Positions 37,724-48,287 are shown, counted from the first letter of the stretch. The stretch: DNA of 64,000 nucleotides from Alphaproteobacteria bacterium (GCA_963667785.2 CAXXMU010000006.1:928001-992000), one strand, 5' to 3'. The notes: generated by a model not told the origin, from the letters alone. Made by a program: numbers and translations.

Positions 37724-40700
37724 TCATGCGCGGAAATCGAGCATCGCCGTTCGTCTGTCCCCGTGTTGCGTCACATCTCCATCTCGATGCCGCGCGATCC
37801 CCGGGACTTGTCCATCTCCGCAGTGCGTTCTTTGTTCTTGCGCTGGCGCCTTCTGTCGCCCGGGCTCGCGGGCCTTGTCTTGCGCCTCGTCCCGGGTTTC
37901 GGCAGGCCGCTCTAGCATGGCCTCCAGCCCGCGTCCGCGTTCCTTCTCGCGTCCGCGCAGCTTCTCTTCGGCGAGCGCCTTCTCCGCCGCGCCGATCCCT
38001 TCGAGCGCCGAGACCCGCTCGCCGGTCGCGGCCTCCAGGGTCTCCCGCAGTTCCCTCGCATCGTCGGTGACCAGCTCGGCATTGTGCCGCGCGCGGCTGA
38101 TCTCGACGTAGAAGCTCTTCTGCGTCGACAGTTTCGGGTGTTTCGCCTCCATCACCGCGATCACGTTGTCGACGGTGCGCCCCTGGAATGCATGCACGGT
38201 CGAGGCCCAGGTATGGTCGAGATGGCGCAGTTGCGGGTCGTTCTTTCCGAGCTCCAGCATCCGCCCGCCGCCGAGCCGGAAGGCGACGCGGTTTCCCCAC
38301 ACCGCCGCGACCTCCGCCGTGTCGCTGTTGACCAGCCCGAGGCCGGTATCGTTGCGGGTCCAGCGGATGCGGTCGCCGGCGCGAAGTTCCATGCTCTCCG
38401 TCCGGTAGACCTCGACCGCGCCGCGCTTCGCGCCGACCACGCGCAGCCGCCAGGGGATGGATTGTCCCTCCGGACCTTCCAGCGTCACCGTGCCGTTGCG
38501 ATGATCGATCCCGGAGACGCGCCGTTCGTCGCCTTTCTCGACACCGAGACTCTTGTAGTCCCGATGGAAGGCGACGACATCGCCGGGCGAATAGTTCCCC
38601 GCAACCATCTTCTCCGCACTGGTATAGCCGTGGGAGACCAGCCGCTCGGCCTCGAAGGCGGGGCCGCGGATGACGCCGTCGCGGGCGAGGCGCTCGCGGA
38701 TGTGGCCATTGATCTCGGTGCGCAGCGCATGGCTCGGCGCCATCAGCCCGGTGTTCTCCCGTTCTTGTGGGGAGAGCTTCAGCCAGCGCGCGGCGGCCGC
38801 GCCGGCGAGATTGTCGGGGTTGACCTCGGCGATACGGTCGCCGAGCTTGCCGAAGGCCTTGCCGATCTCGCCGGCAAGGCTCGCGCGCACCGCCTCTTTC
38901 AGTTCGGCGTCTTTCTGACGCAGGATCTCGTCCATCACCGCCGTTTTCATGCCGGCGGCCTGGAGCTGGGCGAAGGGCTTCCCGGCATCGACCGCGTCGA
39001 GCTGCTTCCGGTCGCCCACCAGCACCACGCGGGGAATGCGGATGGCGACGGCGATGCGGAGCAGATCCCGAGCCTGCACCGTCGAGGCAAGCGAGCCCTC
39101 GTCGACCACCAGCACGGTCTTGCGGAACGCGGCGCCCATTTCCCTGGCGCCCTTCCGGGTCAGCCGTCCTTCGGCGATGCCCGCGTTGCGGGCGAGAAAC
39201 CGTTGCAGGGTTTCGGTCTCGATCCCGGCTTCCGATGCAAGCGTGCGCGCCGCCGAAGCCGAGGGGGCGACGCCGATCGTGCGGTATCCGCTCTTCGCCG
39301 CGAGTTGTCGCGCACGGTCGAGCATGGTGGTCTTGCCGGTGCCGGCGTAGCCCTGCACGCCGACCACCCGGTCCTTCGAGGACAGGATTGTCTTCACCGC
39401 TTCCTTCTGGCCGACGGTGAGGCGGCCGTTGTGAAGCAGCGGCCCGGCGATCCAGCTCCGCATGACGGGACGCGCGGCGCCCCGGCCGCGTTCCATCAGC
39501 GCGACCGTCTCCTTCTCGTCAGCGACGGCCTTGTCTGTGGTGAGGGATTCGCCCAAAGCCGGCAGGCCGCATGCCTGCAGCGTCCCTTCCTTCTCCAGTC
39601 GCGCGACAGCGGCCTCGGCTTCTCCGATGGCCACCGATCCCGGCTTCCACGCCAGCGCGGCGGCGAGCAGGTCGGTCTTCGCGAACACCGCTTCGCGTTC
39701 GGAGAGGTGCGCCACCGCCCAGGCCATGGCCGCGTCTGCCGGGGATTGCGGCGGCGAGTCGAAGAGGTCCGCCTGGCGAACCGTCGCGGCATCGGGTTCA
39801 GCCCCCCGTCCGGCCGCATTGCTGTTGCGCGCACCTCGGCTCCGATCCGCCGCGTCGGCCGTCAGCGCTCGGGCGTCGAACCCGAGCCCGTCCGCCTGGC
39901 GCTGCCACATCTCCCGCAGTTCGGCACGGTCGACTTCGCGCTTCGCCGCCCGGGTCATCAGCGCCGCGCGCTGGGCGGCGCGCTGGTTCTCCGCCGGCGT
40001 CCCCAGGCCGCGTCCGTCCATCGCCGCCTCGATCCCGGCCCGGCGGGTGGAGAAGGCATCGACCACGTCGCGCGAAACGCCCGCGATCTCGAACCGCCCG
40101 TCGGCATGGGTCTTCTCGATGCTGTAACCGAGCGAGGTCAGTTCCCGCGCGAGCTCGCTCCGGTAGAGGGCGCCGATCAGCATCTTCGAGGAATACAGCT
40201 TCTCGTTGGCCATGGTGCGCCACTTGCCGTCTTCCCCCTGCACCATGTTGGCGATCACCGCGTGGGTGTGGAGCTGAGGATCGAGATTGCGCGAGGTCTC
40301 GTGGGTGAAGGTGGCGATCACCGCCTTCTGCTCCCCGGCACGGATCATCCGCCCGCCGTCTGGGTCCTTCATCCGGGTCTCGACGGCGCGCTCCTCGACC
40401 CAGGCGAGGGTCCGCTCCACCGCGCGCCCGTGAGCCTCGGCCACGCGGACGTCGCCGCCGACCAGCGCGGCCAGCGAGACGGATTTGGGGGCCGAAAGGG
40501 TCAGGTCGCGGCCCGGACGGTGGACGATTTCGCCGTCCTTGCCGGGGCAGCCGAGCTGCGGCCCGTCCGGCACCCGGCCCTCCAGGATCGCGGTGAAGGT
40601 GTCCGGATCGACCGGGCCGGAAAGGCCCAGCGCGTCTGCGCCCTTGCCGGCCCAGGCGCTGGCGGCGCGATGATCGGGATCGTCCTTGGCGTAATAGCCG

Positions 40701-40762
40701 TCTCGTTCATAGTAGGTGACGCCCTGGGACGGCGCGGCGATGGCCCCGATCGAGGCGACCAT
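37724..40762 (-). CDS. MOBF (TrwC/TraI-like) relaxase-helicase
   Basis: 'YYERDGYY', 'DLTLSAPKSVS', 'HETSRNLDPQLHTH', Walker A 'GYAGTGKT', 'VVDE', 'TVHAFQG'. Confidence 0.95.
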   Translation of the reverse strand: MVASIGAIAAPSQGVTYYERDGYYAKDDPDHRAASAWAGKGADALGLSGPVDPDTFTAILEGRVPDGPQLGCPGKDGEIVHRPGRDLTLSAPKSVSLAALVGGDVRVAEAHGRAVERTLAWVEERAVETRMKDPDGGRMIRAGEQKAVIATFTHETSRNLDPQLHTHAVIANMVQGEDGKWRTMANEKLYSSKMLIGALYRSELARELTSLGYSIEKTHADGRFEIAGVSRDVVDAFSTRRAGIEAAMDGRGLGTPAENQRAAQRAALMTRAAKREVDRAELREMWQRQADGLGFDARALTADAADRSRGARNSNAAGRGAEPDAATVRQADLFDSPPQSPADAAMAWAVAHLSEREAVFAKTDLLAAALAWKPGSVAIGEAEAAVARLEKEGTLQACGLPALGESLTTDKAVADEKETVALMERGRGAARPVMRSWIAGPLLHNGRLTVGQKEAVKTILSSKDRVVGVQGYAGTGKTTMLDRARQLAAKSGYRTIGVAPSASAARTLASEAGIETETLQRFLARNAGIAEGRLTRKGAREMGAAFRKTVLVVDEGSLASTVQARDLLRIAVAIRIPRVVLVGDRKQLDAVDAGKPFAQLQAAGMKTAVMDEILRQKDAELKEAVRASLAGEIGKAFGKLGDRIAEVNPDNLAGAAAARWLKLSPQERENTGLMAPSHALRTEINGHIRERLARDGVIRGPAFEAERLVSHGYTSAEKMVAGNYSPGDVVAFHRDYKSLGVEKGDERRVSGIDHRNGTVTLEGPEGQSIPWRLRVVGAKRGAVEVYRTESMELRAGDRIRWTRNDTGLGLVNSDTAEVAAVWGNRVAFRLGGGRMLELGKNDPQLRHLDHTWASTVHAFQGRTVDNVIAVMEAKHPKLSTQKSFYVEISRARHNAELVTDDARELRETLEAATGERVSALEGIGAAEKALAEEKLRGREKERGRGLEAMLERPAETRDEAQDKAREPGRQKAPAQEQRTHCGDGQVPGIARHRDGDVTQHGDRRTAMLDFRA

Positions 40763-41556
40763 CAGAAGAACTGCTCGCCCAGCTCGCGCTCGGGCACGAC
40801 CGACTTGTCTTCGGCCGGCTGGTCCGCCTTCGCAGTGTCCTGGCGGCTTCCGGGATCGGCGGGGGCCGGGTTCGCGGGGACCGCGGCTTCATCGGCCGGT
40901 TCCGCGCTCGCCGACGGGGGAAGGGCCGGCGTCCGCGCCGGCGGCAGCGAGTCCCGCAGCGTGGCGGACGGCAGGGTCCCGTCGCCGACTCCAGCCAGCC
41001 GCTCGACCTCGTCCGTTGACACCAGCAGGACCCCGAGCCTGCCGCTCCGGCGCGCGAGCGCCGCGATCAACTCGTTATCGCTCCAATCGTCCGGCTGTCG
41101 CATCCGGCCCGCGTATCCGGGCCGGACCCGCGGCGCCGGCTCGACAAACGCGCCCCGCCCGCTCTCAAGCTGCCGCAGGCGCAGCGCCATCCGCGCCACC
41201 AGCCATGTGCCGAACAGGGCAAGGCCGATGCACGCGCCCAGCAGCGCGCGGTCCGCCGCAAGGGAGAACATCTGCCGGCGGGCCAGCCACGCCTCATGCA
41301 TGACATAGGCAAAACGGTAGCGCTCGACACTGATGGTTTCGCCGGCCGCCGTGCGGTACTCGACCAGCCCGTAATCGTCGAACCCGACGCCCAGCATGGC
41401 TTCGACCAGCGTGAACTTCCAGGCGGCGTACCAGTCGTGCCCGGTCGTGCCGAGCGCCAGCGCGATGCCGGCGACCAGCACCGCCATGACGGCGGCGCAG
41501 ATCCCCGCCACCACGAGCGGCAGGAGCCATTTGTCGGTGTCAGGCATGACGGACAT
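40762..41556 (-). CDS. Two-TM protein resembling a coupling-protein (TraD) N-terminus without the ATPase
   Basis: Two hydrophobic helices, position immediately upstream of the relaxase (TGATG overlap), no Walker A. Confidence 0.5.
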   Translation of the reverse strand: MSVMPDTDKWLLPLVVAGICAAVMAVLVAGIALALGTTGHDWYAAWKFTLVEAMLGVGFDDYGLVEYRTAAGETISVERYRFAYVMHEAWLARRQMFSLAADRALLGACIGLALFGTWLVARMALRLRQLESGRGAFVEPAPRVRPGYAGRMRQPDDWSDNELIAALARRSGRLGVLLVSTDEVERLAGVGDGTLPSATLRDSLPPARTPALPPSASAEPADEAAVPANPAPADPGSRQDTAKADQPAEDKSVVPERELGEQFF

Positions 41557-41580
41557 CCCCGCGTCCGGGGACGTCCGGGT

Positions 41581-42336
41581 TCACGGCGATGTCCGCCGCG
41601 CGGCCTCGTCCCCGGCGCGGACGCCTCCGTTCCCACATACCCGGCGGTCGGTGGCCCACGCCTCCACATCGTTCCCCCGGTACCGCACGCAGCCGCCAAG
41701 TTTGCAATACCAGGGACCCTCCCCGGTGGTCCGGTAGCGGGCCAGCGTGCTCGGCGACAGCCCCAGCAGTGCCGCCGCTTCGCGGGTGTCCATAAAATGC
41801 TGGTCCTCGCAGAGGCCGACCGGCTGTTCGGGCCCGGCGTCGCGATCTTCGCACCGGGCAGGCAGATCCGGAGACGGCAGCGGGGCGCCGGTCAGGATCG
41901 CCGGCATCGCGCCGGCGCGGGCGCGAATCTCACGCCACTCGGCAGGGCTCGCGTGCGACTTCATCGACGCGCGCACCGCTTCCACCGTCGCCAGCTTCGG
42001 CGACACGCCCGCCAGCAGCTGCGCGACAAAGGACGGGTTGCCCGTCGCTTCCTGTCCGAGCAGCGAACGCTTGACCCCCGTCACCTGAAGAAAGGCATCG
42101 ACTTCCCCGAGGAAGGCGGGGCCGGCCGGCGGCTCTCCCATGAAGGCGAGCGCCCGGTCCACCGTCCTGAGGCACGGACGGCGTCCGTCGCGCAGCGAGG
42201 CGACGAAGTCGCGGTCGCGGTACACGGCGGCGCCGAACGCCCCGGCGCTCATCCCCTTCCGGGCGCACCAGACCTCGATCGCCCGCAGAAACCGGGCCTC
42301 GAGGACGCCGCCGGGATCTGAGTTCGGTATGCCCAT
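41581..42336 (-). CDS. DNA-binding protein: two tandem Cro-like HTH units plus an excisionase-type HTH
   Basis: Internal repeat 'FL..(I/V)......G.....G.......FV..L..G..P.L.TV..'; C-terminal 'MDTREAAALLGLSPSTLARYR..GEGP.Y.KLG..VRY'. Confidence 0.75.
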   Translation of the reverse strand: MGIPNSDPGGVLEARFLRAIEVWCARKGMSAGAFGAAVYRDRDFVASLRDGRRPCLRTVDRALAFMGEPPAGPAFLGEVDAFLQVTGVKRSLLGQEATGNPSFVAQLLAGVSPKLATVEAVRASMKSHASPAEWREIRARAGAMPAILTGAPLPSPDLPARCEDRDAGPEQPVGLCEDQHFMDTREAAALLGLSPSTLARYRTTGEGPWYCKLGGCVRYRGNDVEAWATDRRVCGNGGVRAGDEAARRTSP

Positions 42337-42521
42337 CCGGCATAGATAGGGGCGGCAGGAGAATCGCAAAACCGCTTCCGGTATGGCAAATCCTGCGAAT
42401 CATACGTCAGGCCCCGCCAGGCACCGCATGCCCCCTCAGAGCGGTGAAAAAAGTTTTGCCCAGTGCCTATGCGCCCCGAATGCTCCGGGCTGGAATGGGC
42501 TGAGAGGAACCGTACGGATTT

Positions 42522-42554
42522 GCCTCAATGAGGCCGGGGCGCGCACCCAGGATG
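42522..42554 (-). repeat. Solitary CRISPR-repeat-like unit
   Basis: gcctcaatgaggccggggcg matches the array repeat gcttcaatgaggccggggcg at 19/20 nt. Confidence 0.75.
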
Positions 42555-42944
42555 TCGCCACTGATGCGGCAGGTCTGAAGACCATAGAGGGCGATGCCCG
42601 TCGTTCGGGCAATCGGCGTTCAGGCGATCGCGAACATGCGGAAGCGTCGATGTGGCGAAACCGGCACTCAGCTGGCTGACGCCGTGCGTGCCGCGAGGTC
42701 GAAGGGGGCGCTGCGGTGCCGCCGGGATTGACGCGGTTCACGCAGCCGTGCAGGAAATGGTCGATGTATGGAGACGGCGAGGCCATCGGCATATCTGGAC
42801 CGAAGCACGTGTTGCGAGAACGGTGGCGGCGCCCGACGAGCAACAGATTCCGCTGGTGCGCTTGGTGACGACCGGGAGGCTGGATCGACGAGCGATCATC
42901 TGATCGCTATGGCAGTATCTCCAGCTAGGGAGGCGAACCAAACG

Positions 42945-45900
42945 ATGACGGGGAGCAGGCCATTGGGTCCAGGCGATACGGGGCCAGGCAACGCAGCGGG
43001 GCTCGACGTATTTGCCCTCCGTGACAGCGTCGTCAACGAGTACAAGCGTTTCGCGACCTCCTTCACGACAATCCACGCACCAGACATCCGCGAACAGATC
43101 GAGGCAATCTACGCGGAGGATCGCTACTGGCCCGAGCCGCTCATTCAGATCAACCCGAGCTACAAACGTTCCACGGATGTCGGCACCTTGGTCGCGAATG
43201 GGATACTCCACCCAGGATGCGCAGATATTTTTGGCGAGAGCGGTCAGCCGCTGTCCCTCTACAAGCACCAGGAGCAGGCCATCGCGCTCGCGGCAGAGGG
43301 CGAGAGCTTTGTGGTGACCTCCGGCACGGGATCCGGGAAGTCGCTGTGCTTCTTTATCCCCATTGTCAGTTACGTGCTGGCTGCGCGCCGCACCGGTGGG
43401 CGGCGGCGCACGCATGCCATTGTCGTTTACCCGATGAATGCGCTCGCGAACTCCCAGATGGACGAGCTTGCAAAGTTCACCGACCAAGTGCCCGGAGACC
43501 AGTCGATCACGTTCGCCCGCTATACGGGACAAGAGGACGACCTGGAGCGAAAGCAGATCGCAGACCATCCTCCCGACATCCTTCTCACCAACTTCATGAT
43601 GCTGGAGCTCCTCATGACACGACAGGAGGAGCTCGACCGGCAGGTGATAGGAAACTGCGCCGGTCTACAGTTCCTCGTCCTGGACGAGCTGCACACCTAC
43701 CGCGGCCGTCAAGGCGCAGATGTAGCGTTGTTGGTGCGCCGCGTCCGTGAACGGCTGCGGCCTGAGAACCTGCTGTGCATCGGCACCTCTGCAACCATGG
43801 CGAGCGAGGGTTCTCACCAGGATAAGAGCCGAGTGGTTGCGGGCGTCGCTTCGAAACTCTTCGGGAGCGAGATCACAGAGAGCAACGTCATCGCGGAAAC
43901 CCTTGAGCGCATCACCGATCCGACGGCCACGGCAGATTCCGTAAAGCCGTCCCTCGGAGGCGCTATCGATGCCGGCGCACCGCTACACATGTCTGACGCG
44001 GCACTCCGAGAGCATCCGCTCGCTGTTTGGGTGGAAACGCGTCTAGGTGTCTCGTTTTCCGAGGCTGACCAGCGCTGGATTCGGGCCAGGCCCAGAACAG
44101 TGACCGAGGCAGTCGCAGCGCTCTCGGAGGAGTCAGGGCGAGCCGCCGCTGACTGTCGTAGCGTGCTGCGGGCTTTCCTTCTGGCTTCGAGCGACCCCGA
44201 GAAGGTACGGACCTCGAACCCCGATGACGGCGAGAAGAGCTTCTTTGCGTTCAAGCTCCACCAGTTTATCTCGGGTGCTGGCCACGCGTATGCGACGATC
44301 GAGCCGCCCGGAACGCGCAAAGTGACGGTCGATGGTCAACAGTTCCTGCCCGGCCACGCGGACAAGCGACTTTATGCCGTACATTTCTGTCGCGAATGTG
44401 GTCACGAGTATCATCCGGTGCGGTTGGTGCAGCAGGAGGAGGGGGCGGTCTTCCTCGCGCGCGACATTGACGATGCGCCACCGAGCGGGCCAAACGAGAC
44501 GGACGAAGATCCGTTGGAGACACGGACCGAGGGAGTGTTTGGTTTCTTGACGCTGGAGCCACGGAACGATCCCACGTTCACCTTCGCCGACCAAGACGAT
44601 GACTACCCTGAGACCTGGCTTGAGCTTGATGCAAACAACCGCACACGGCTCAAGAAGTACTACCGCGGTGCGCGCGCTCGTAGCTTCGTAGTCTCGCCCG
44701 ATGGACGTGTCGGTACAGGAACGAAAGTGTGGTTCCAGCCCGGAAAATTCCGGCTCTGCCTCCGTTGCGGGAACACCCAGGGCGGGGCCGCGCGCGATCG
44801 CACGCGTCTCGCCTCGCTGTCAGCCGAGGGGCGCAGTTCGGCAACCACCGTACTGGTCGGTAGTACGCTGCGCTGGATGCACGGCGCCGACTCAGTGCTG
44901 GCCCCCTACACTCGAAAGCTATTGGGCTTCACAGACAACCGACAGGACGCTGCGCTCCAAGCCGGTCATTTCAACGACTTTCTTTTTGTCAGCTTGGTGC
45001 GCGCGGGCTTTCTCGGCGCACTACGGGATGCGGGTTCGAACGGGCTCCGTAGCGACGAATTGGGAATTGCTCAGCAGCGAATGCTTGGATTTGACCGATC
45101 AGACCCGGAGATTCGCGCCGAATGGCTGCTTGAGCCGACGTTGCGCGGCTTTAATCTACAGGAGGCCGAGGGCACGCTTCGACAGGTGCTAGCTTATCGC
45201 ATTTGGTTCGATCAGCGACGTGGATGGCGATACACGAATCCGAACCTTGAGCAACTCGGCATGGTCCAAGTGGAGTACTTGGGTCTCGAGGAGCTCTCCA
45301 GGGACGACGACCTGTTTGCCGACTCGCCCCCTCTACTGAAGCATGCTGACCGCACTGTGCGGAAAGCGGTCTACCGCGAATTGCTTGACCACATGCGGAA
45401 GTGGATGGCGATCCGCAGCCAGGTTCTCGAAACTGCCGTTCTCGAACAGTTGGTCGCGAAGTCCCACAGTCGGCTTCGACCTCCCTGGGGACTCGGCATA
45501 GACGAGAAGCCGAGAGCCGCTCGCTGGTTGATGACTATCGCACCCACTCGTAAGGTGAACACGCTCCGTGACATGGACTTGATTGTGCGCGGCGGCTCAC
45601 GAAGCGGTCTCGGGCGAACGTTACGCTCAACAAGCCTTTGGGGTGGCGACGCAGCCATCCGCGACCTGAAGTCAGAGGATTTCGACAAGCTAGTCGAGGA
45701 TCTTCTCCGTGCAGGCGCGACACACGGCCTTCTATCGGAAGAGAACACGCCGTTTGATCGGTCGGGGTGGCGGCTCAACGATGCATGCATTCTGTTTCGA
45801 CTTGGCGATACAGCAGAGAACGGCGACGGTGCCGGGCAGAACGCATTTTTTTGCGACCTCTACGAGAATCTCGCACGGATGCTTCGCGCACCCATGCACC

Positions 45901-48287
45901 CGCTTTTCGGGTTCGAGGCGCGCGAGCACACCGCCCAGGTAAATCCCGACAACAGGGAAATCCGGGAGAAGCGCTTTCGCTTCGGCGATCGCGAGCGCGA
46001 AGAGCTAGCTACGGACGAGAAGCGACTCCGAGAGGTCGGCGAAGCAAATCGGTTTCTACCCGTTCTCTTTTGCTCGCCGACGATGGAGCTCGGCGTCGAC
46101 ATCGCGGCATTGAACGCCGTTCACATGCGGAACGTGCCACCTACGCCGGCAAACTATGCCCAACGCGGCGGCCGCGCGGGTCGAAGCGGGCAGGCTGCGC
46201 TGGTCATTACCTATGCGTCCTCTCAAAGCCCGCACGACCAATACTTCTTCCGCGATCCCAAAGCGATGGTCTACGGTGAAGTACGTGCCCCGATCTTGGA
46301 GCTCGCGAACCAGGACCTGATCGACAGCCATCTTCACGCAGTCTGGCTCTCGTGTGTTGACGAACGACTCGACCCGTGTATCGCGGAGCTGCTCGTACTT
46401 GGTGATTCTAGTCGTCCAATCGAGCCGGGTATCGGGGCAGCATTGCAAGACAAGCGCGTCGTGGTCTCGGCAGGCGAACGGGTTCGGCGCGTCCTCGATC
46501 TCGTCGCAGACGATCTCACACCTGAATCTGCGCCTTGGTACACGGGTCGAGACGCCTATTCAGATAAGGTCGTGGCGGATGCCGCGGAGCGCTTCGACGA
46601 AGCGTTCAATCGCTGGCGAGACCTTTTCGCCGCCGCCGAGATGCAGCGAGACGCCGCGCGGAGGATCATGGACGACTATGCGGTGGCCTACCAAGACAAG
46701 CGGGCAGCGCAGACTCGGCACGCGCAGGCTGTCGACCAGATCAACTTGCTCCAGCGTGGGACAAGCGCGCTCTCAAGCGACTTCTACACGTATCGCTACC
46801 TAGCTACAGAGGGCTTTCTACCTGGGTACAACTTCCCGAGATTGCCCCTCCTCGCGTACATTCCCGCAAGTCGGGATGGTCGTAGACAGCAGACGTACCT
46901 TCAGCGTCCGCGCTTCCTTGCGCTTGCCGAATTTGGCCCGCGCAGCCTCGTCTATCACGAAGGGCGTGCGTACCGGGTCGTACGAGCGCTGCTCTCCCTT
47001 GGTCATCGGGAGTCGGCGACACCCGATGCACAACTCCCCACTAAGGCCGTACGAACTTGCACGAACTGCGGTGCGGGACATTTCAGCGACGAGCTTTCGA
47101 TGTGCCATGTATGCGGAACATCCCTCGGCAACGCCGACGTTGTGGGCAACACATATCGAATTGAGAACGTTGCAACATATCCGGCCGAACATATCACCGC
47201 GAACGACGAAGAACGTCAGCGCCAAGGCTTCGACTTGCAGACCACGTTTGAATGGGCGATCCGCGACCAAGAGATTGACGTACGGCAGGCATCGGCGTCT
47301 GACGCGGAGGGCGAAATTGTTCGCATGGCGTACGGCGCGGGGGCGACGATCACCCGTCTTAATAAGGGTCTGCGCCGTAGAGCCAACAAGAAGATTCTCG
47401 GTTTCCGAATCGATCCGGTATCGGGGTACTGGGCCAAGGGCGTTGACGAGGACGCGGATGAGCACGCGCTCGACCCCACGGCCTCCCCTCGGCAATGGAT
47501 CGTCCCCTGTGTCCAGGATCGCAAGAATGCGCTCCTCTTCCGACCCAGCGGGAATTCGCTCTCACAGGTCACGCTGTCCACTGTGCAGCACGCGATCCTG
47601 CGTGGCATCGAGGCAGTGTTCCAACTAGAGGAAGGCGAAATACTCGCCGAACCGATGCCGACGCGTGATGTTCGGAACGGTTTCCTGCTTTACGAGGCCA
47701 CCGAAGGCGGCGCAGGCGTTCTGACACGGATCATCAGCCAAGAGATGAGCCTTGCCACCGTGGCGGAAAGGGCACTGGAGATCATGCATCTCTCTGTTGG
47801 TGGTGGTTATCTGCCCGATTCTCCATCGGGTCTCTCAGATCAACCGGAGACAACTTGCGTCGCGGCCTGCTATCGCTGCCTTATGTCTTACTACAATCAG
47901 CCCGACCACGAGAGTCTAGATCGCCGAGACGAGGACGCTCGCGCGATGCTGCTCCGTCTAGCCCGTGCCCGCACAACGACGCTCGACAGGCGGTCGTCAC
48001 AGCCAACCACCTGTGTGGATCGGGAAGGCTCGCGTGACGGGCGGTGGGATGCCGAGGCGTCGCAGCACGGAATTCCCGCACCTGATCCGGAGCCTCTACT
48101 GGCTGGCGAGCGTGCCGTGCGCTGCGTCTGGCGCAAACACTATGTTGCGGCGATTATCGACGAGGCCGATTGTCTGGCCACGCAGTCGATGGAAGACCTT
48201 GGCTTCGAGGTGATACGGTTTGGCGATCCCGCAAGCTGGAATACTGCCTTCGCACGTCTGGCTTCCGCTCTTGGGCGCGAGTCATGA
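42945..48287 (+). CDS. Large SF2 helicase with C-terminal DUF1998 (DrmA/DrmB- or DruE-like)
   Basis: 'SGTGSGKS','YPMNALANSQ','LDELHTY','SATM','TMELGVDI','QRGGRAGR', Zn motifs, 'YEATEGGAG..CVAACYRCL'. Confidence 0.9.
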   Translation: MTGSRPLGPGDTGPGNAAGLDVFALRDSVVNEYKRFATSFTTIHAPDIREQIEAIYAEDRYWPEPLIQINPSYKRSTDVGTLVANGILHPGCADIFGESGQPLSLYKHQEQAIALAAEGESFVVTSGTGSGKSLCFFIPIVSYVLAARRTGGRRRTHAIVVYPMNALANSQMDELAKFTDQVPGDQSITFARYTGQEDDLERKQIADHPPDILLTNFMMLELLMTRQEELDRQVIGNCAGLQFLVLDELHTYRGRQGADVALLVRRVRERLRPENLLCIGTSATMASEGSHQDKSRVVAGVASKLFGSEITESNVIAETLERITDPTATADSVKPSLGGAIDAGAPLHMSDAALREHPLAVWVETRLGVSFSEADQRWIRARPRTVTEAVAALSEESGRAAADCRSVLRAFLLASSDPEKVRTSNPDDGEKSFFAFKLHQFISGAGHAYATIEPPGTRKVTVDGQQFLPGHADKRLYAVHFCRECGHEYHPVRLVQQEEGAVFLARDIDDAPPSGPNETDEDPLETRTEGVFGFLTLEPRNDPTFTFADQDDDYPETWLELDANNRTRLKKYYRGARARSFVVSPDGRVGTGTKVWFQPGKFRLCLRCGNTQGGAARDRTRLASLSAEGRSSATTVLVGSTLRWMHGADSVLAPYTRKLLGFTDNRQDAALQAGHFNDFLFVSLVRAGFLGALRDAGSNGLRSDELGIAQQRMLGFDRSDPEIRAEWLLEPTLRGFNLQEAEGTLRQVLAYRIWFDQRRGWRYTNPNLEQLGMVQVEYLGLEELSRDDDLFADSPPLLKHADRTVRKAVYRELLDHMRKWMAIRSQVLETAVLEQLVAKSHSRLRPPWGLGIDEKPRAARWLMTIAPTRKVNTLRDMDLIVRGGSRSGLGRTLRSTSLWGGDAAIRDLKSEDFDKLVEDLLRAGATHGLLSEENTPFDRSGWRLNDACILFRLGDTAENGDGAGQNAFFCDLYENLARMLRAPMHPLFGFEAREHTAQVNPDNREIREKRFRFGDREREELATDEKRLREVGEANRFLPVLFCSPTMELGVDIAALNAVHMRNVPPTPANYAQRGGRAGRSGQAALVITYASSQSPHDQYFFRDPKAMVYGEVRAPILELANQDLIDSHLHAVWLSCVDERLDPCIAELLVLGDSSRPIEPGIGAALQDKRVVVSAGERVRRVLDLVADDLTPESAPWYTGRDAYSDKVVADAAERFDEAFNRWRDLFAAAEMQRDAARRIMDDYAVAYQDKRAAQTRHAQAVDQINLLQRGTSALSSDFYTYRYLATEGFLPGYNFPRLPLLAYIPASRDGRRQQTYLQRPRFLALAEFGPRSLVYHEGRAYRVVRALLSLGHRESATPDAQLPTKAVRTCTNCGAGHFSDELSMCHVCGTSLGNADVVGNTYRIENVATYPAEHITANDEERQRQGFDLQTTFEWAIRDQEIDVRQASASDAEGEIVRMAYGAGATITRLNKGLRRRANKKILGFRIDPVSGYWAKGVDEDADEHALDPTASPRQWIVPCVQDRKNALLFRPSGNSLSQVTLSTVQHAILRGIEAVFQLEEGEILAEPMPTRDVRNGFLLYEATEGGAGVLTRIISQEMSLATVAERALEIMHLSVGGGYLPDSPSGLSDQPETTCVAACYRCLMSYYNQPDHESLDRRDEDARAMLLRLARARTTTLDRRSSQPTTCVDREGSRDGRWDAEASQHGIPAPDPEPLLAGERAVRCVWRKHYVAAIIDEADCLATQSMEDLGFEVIRFGDPASWNTAFARLASALGRES

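Noticed and set aside
37724-37860. Possible frameshift in the relaxase tail (an alternative frame ends ...GIEMEM*)
   Set aside because: Affects only a low-complexity tail; cannot be told apart from sequencing error
38084-41308. 1074-aa plus-strand ORF
   Set aside because: Antisense shadow of the relaxase
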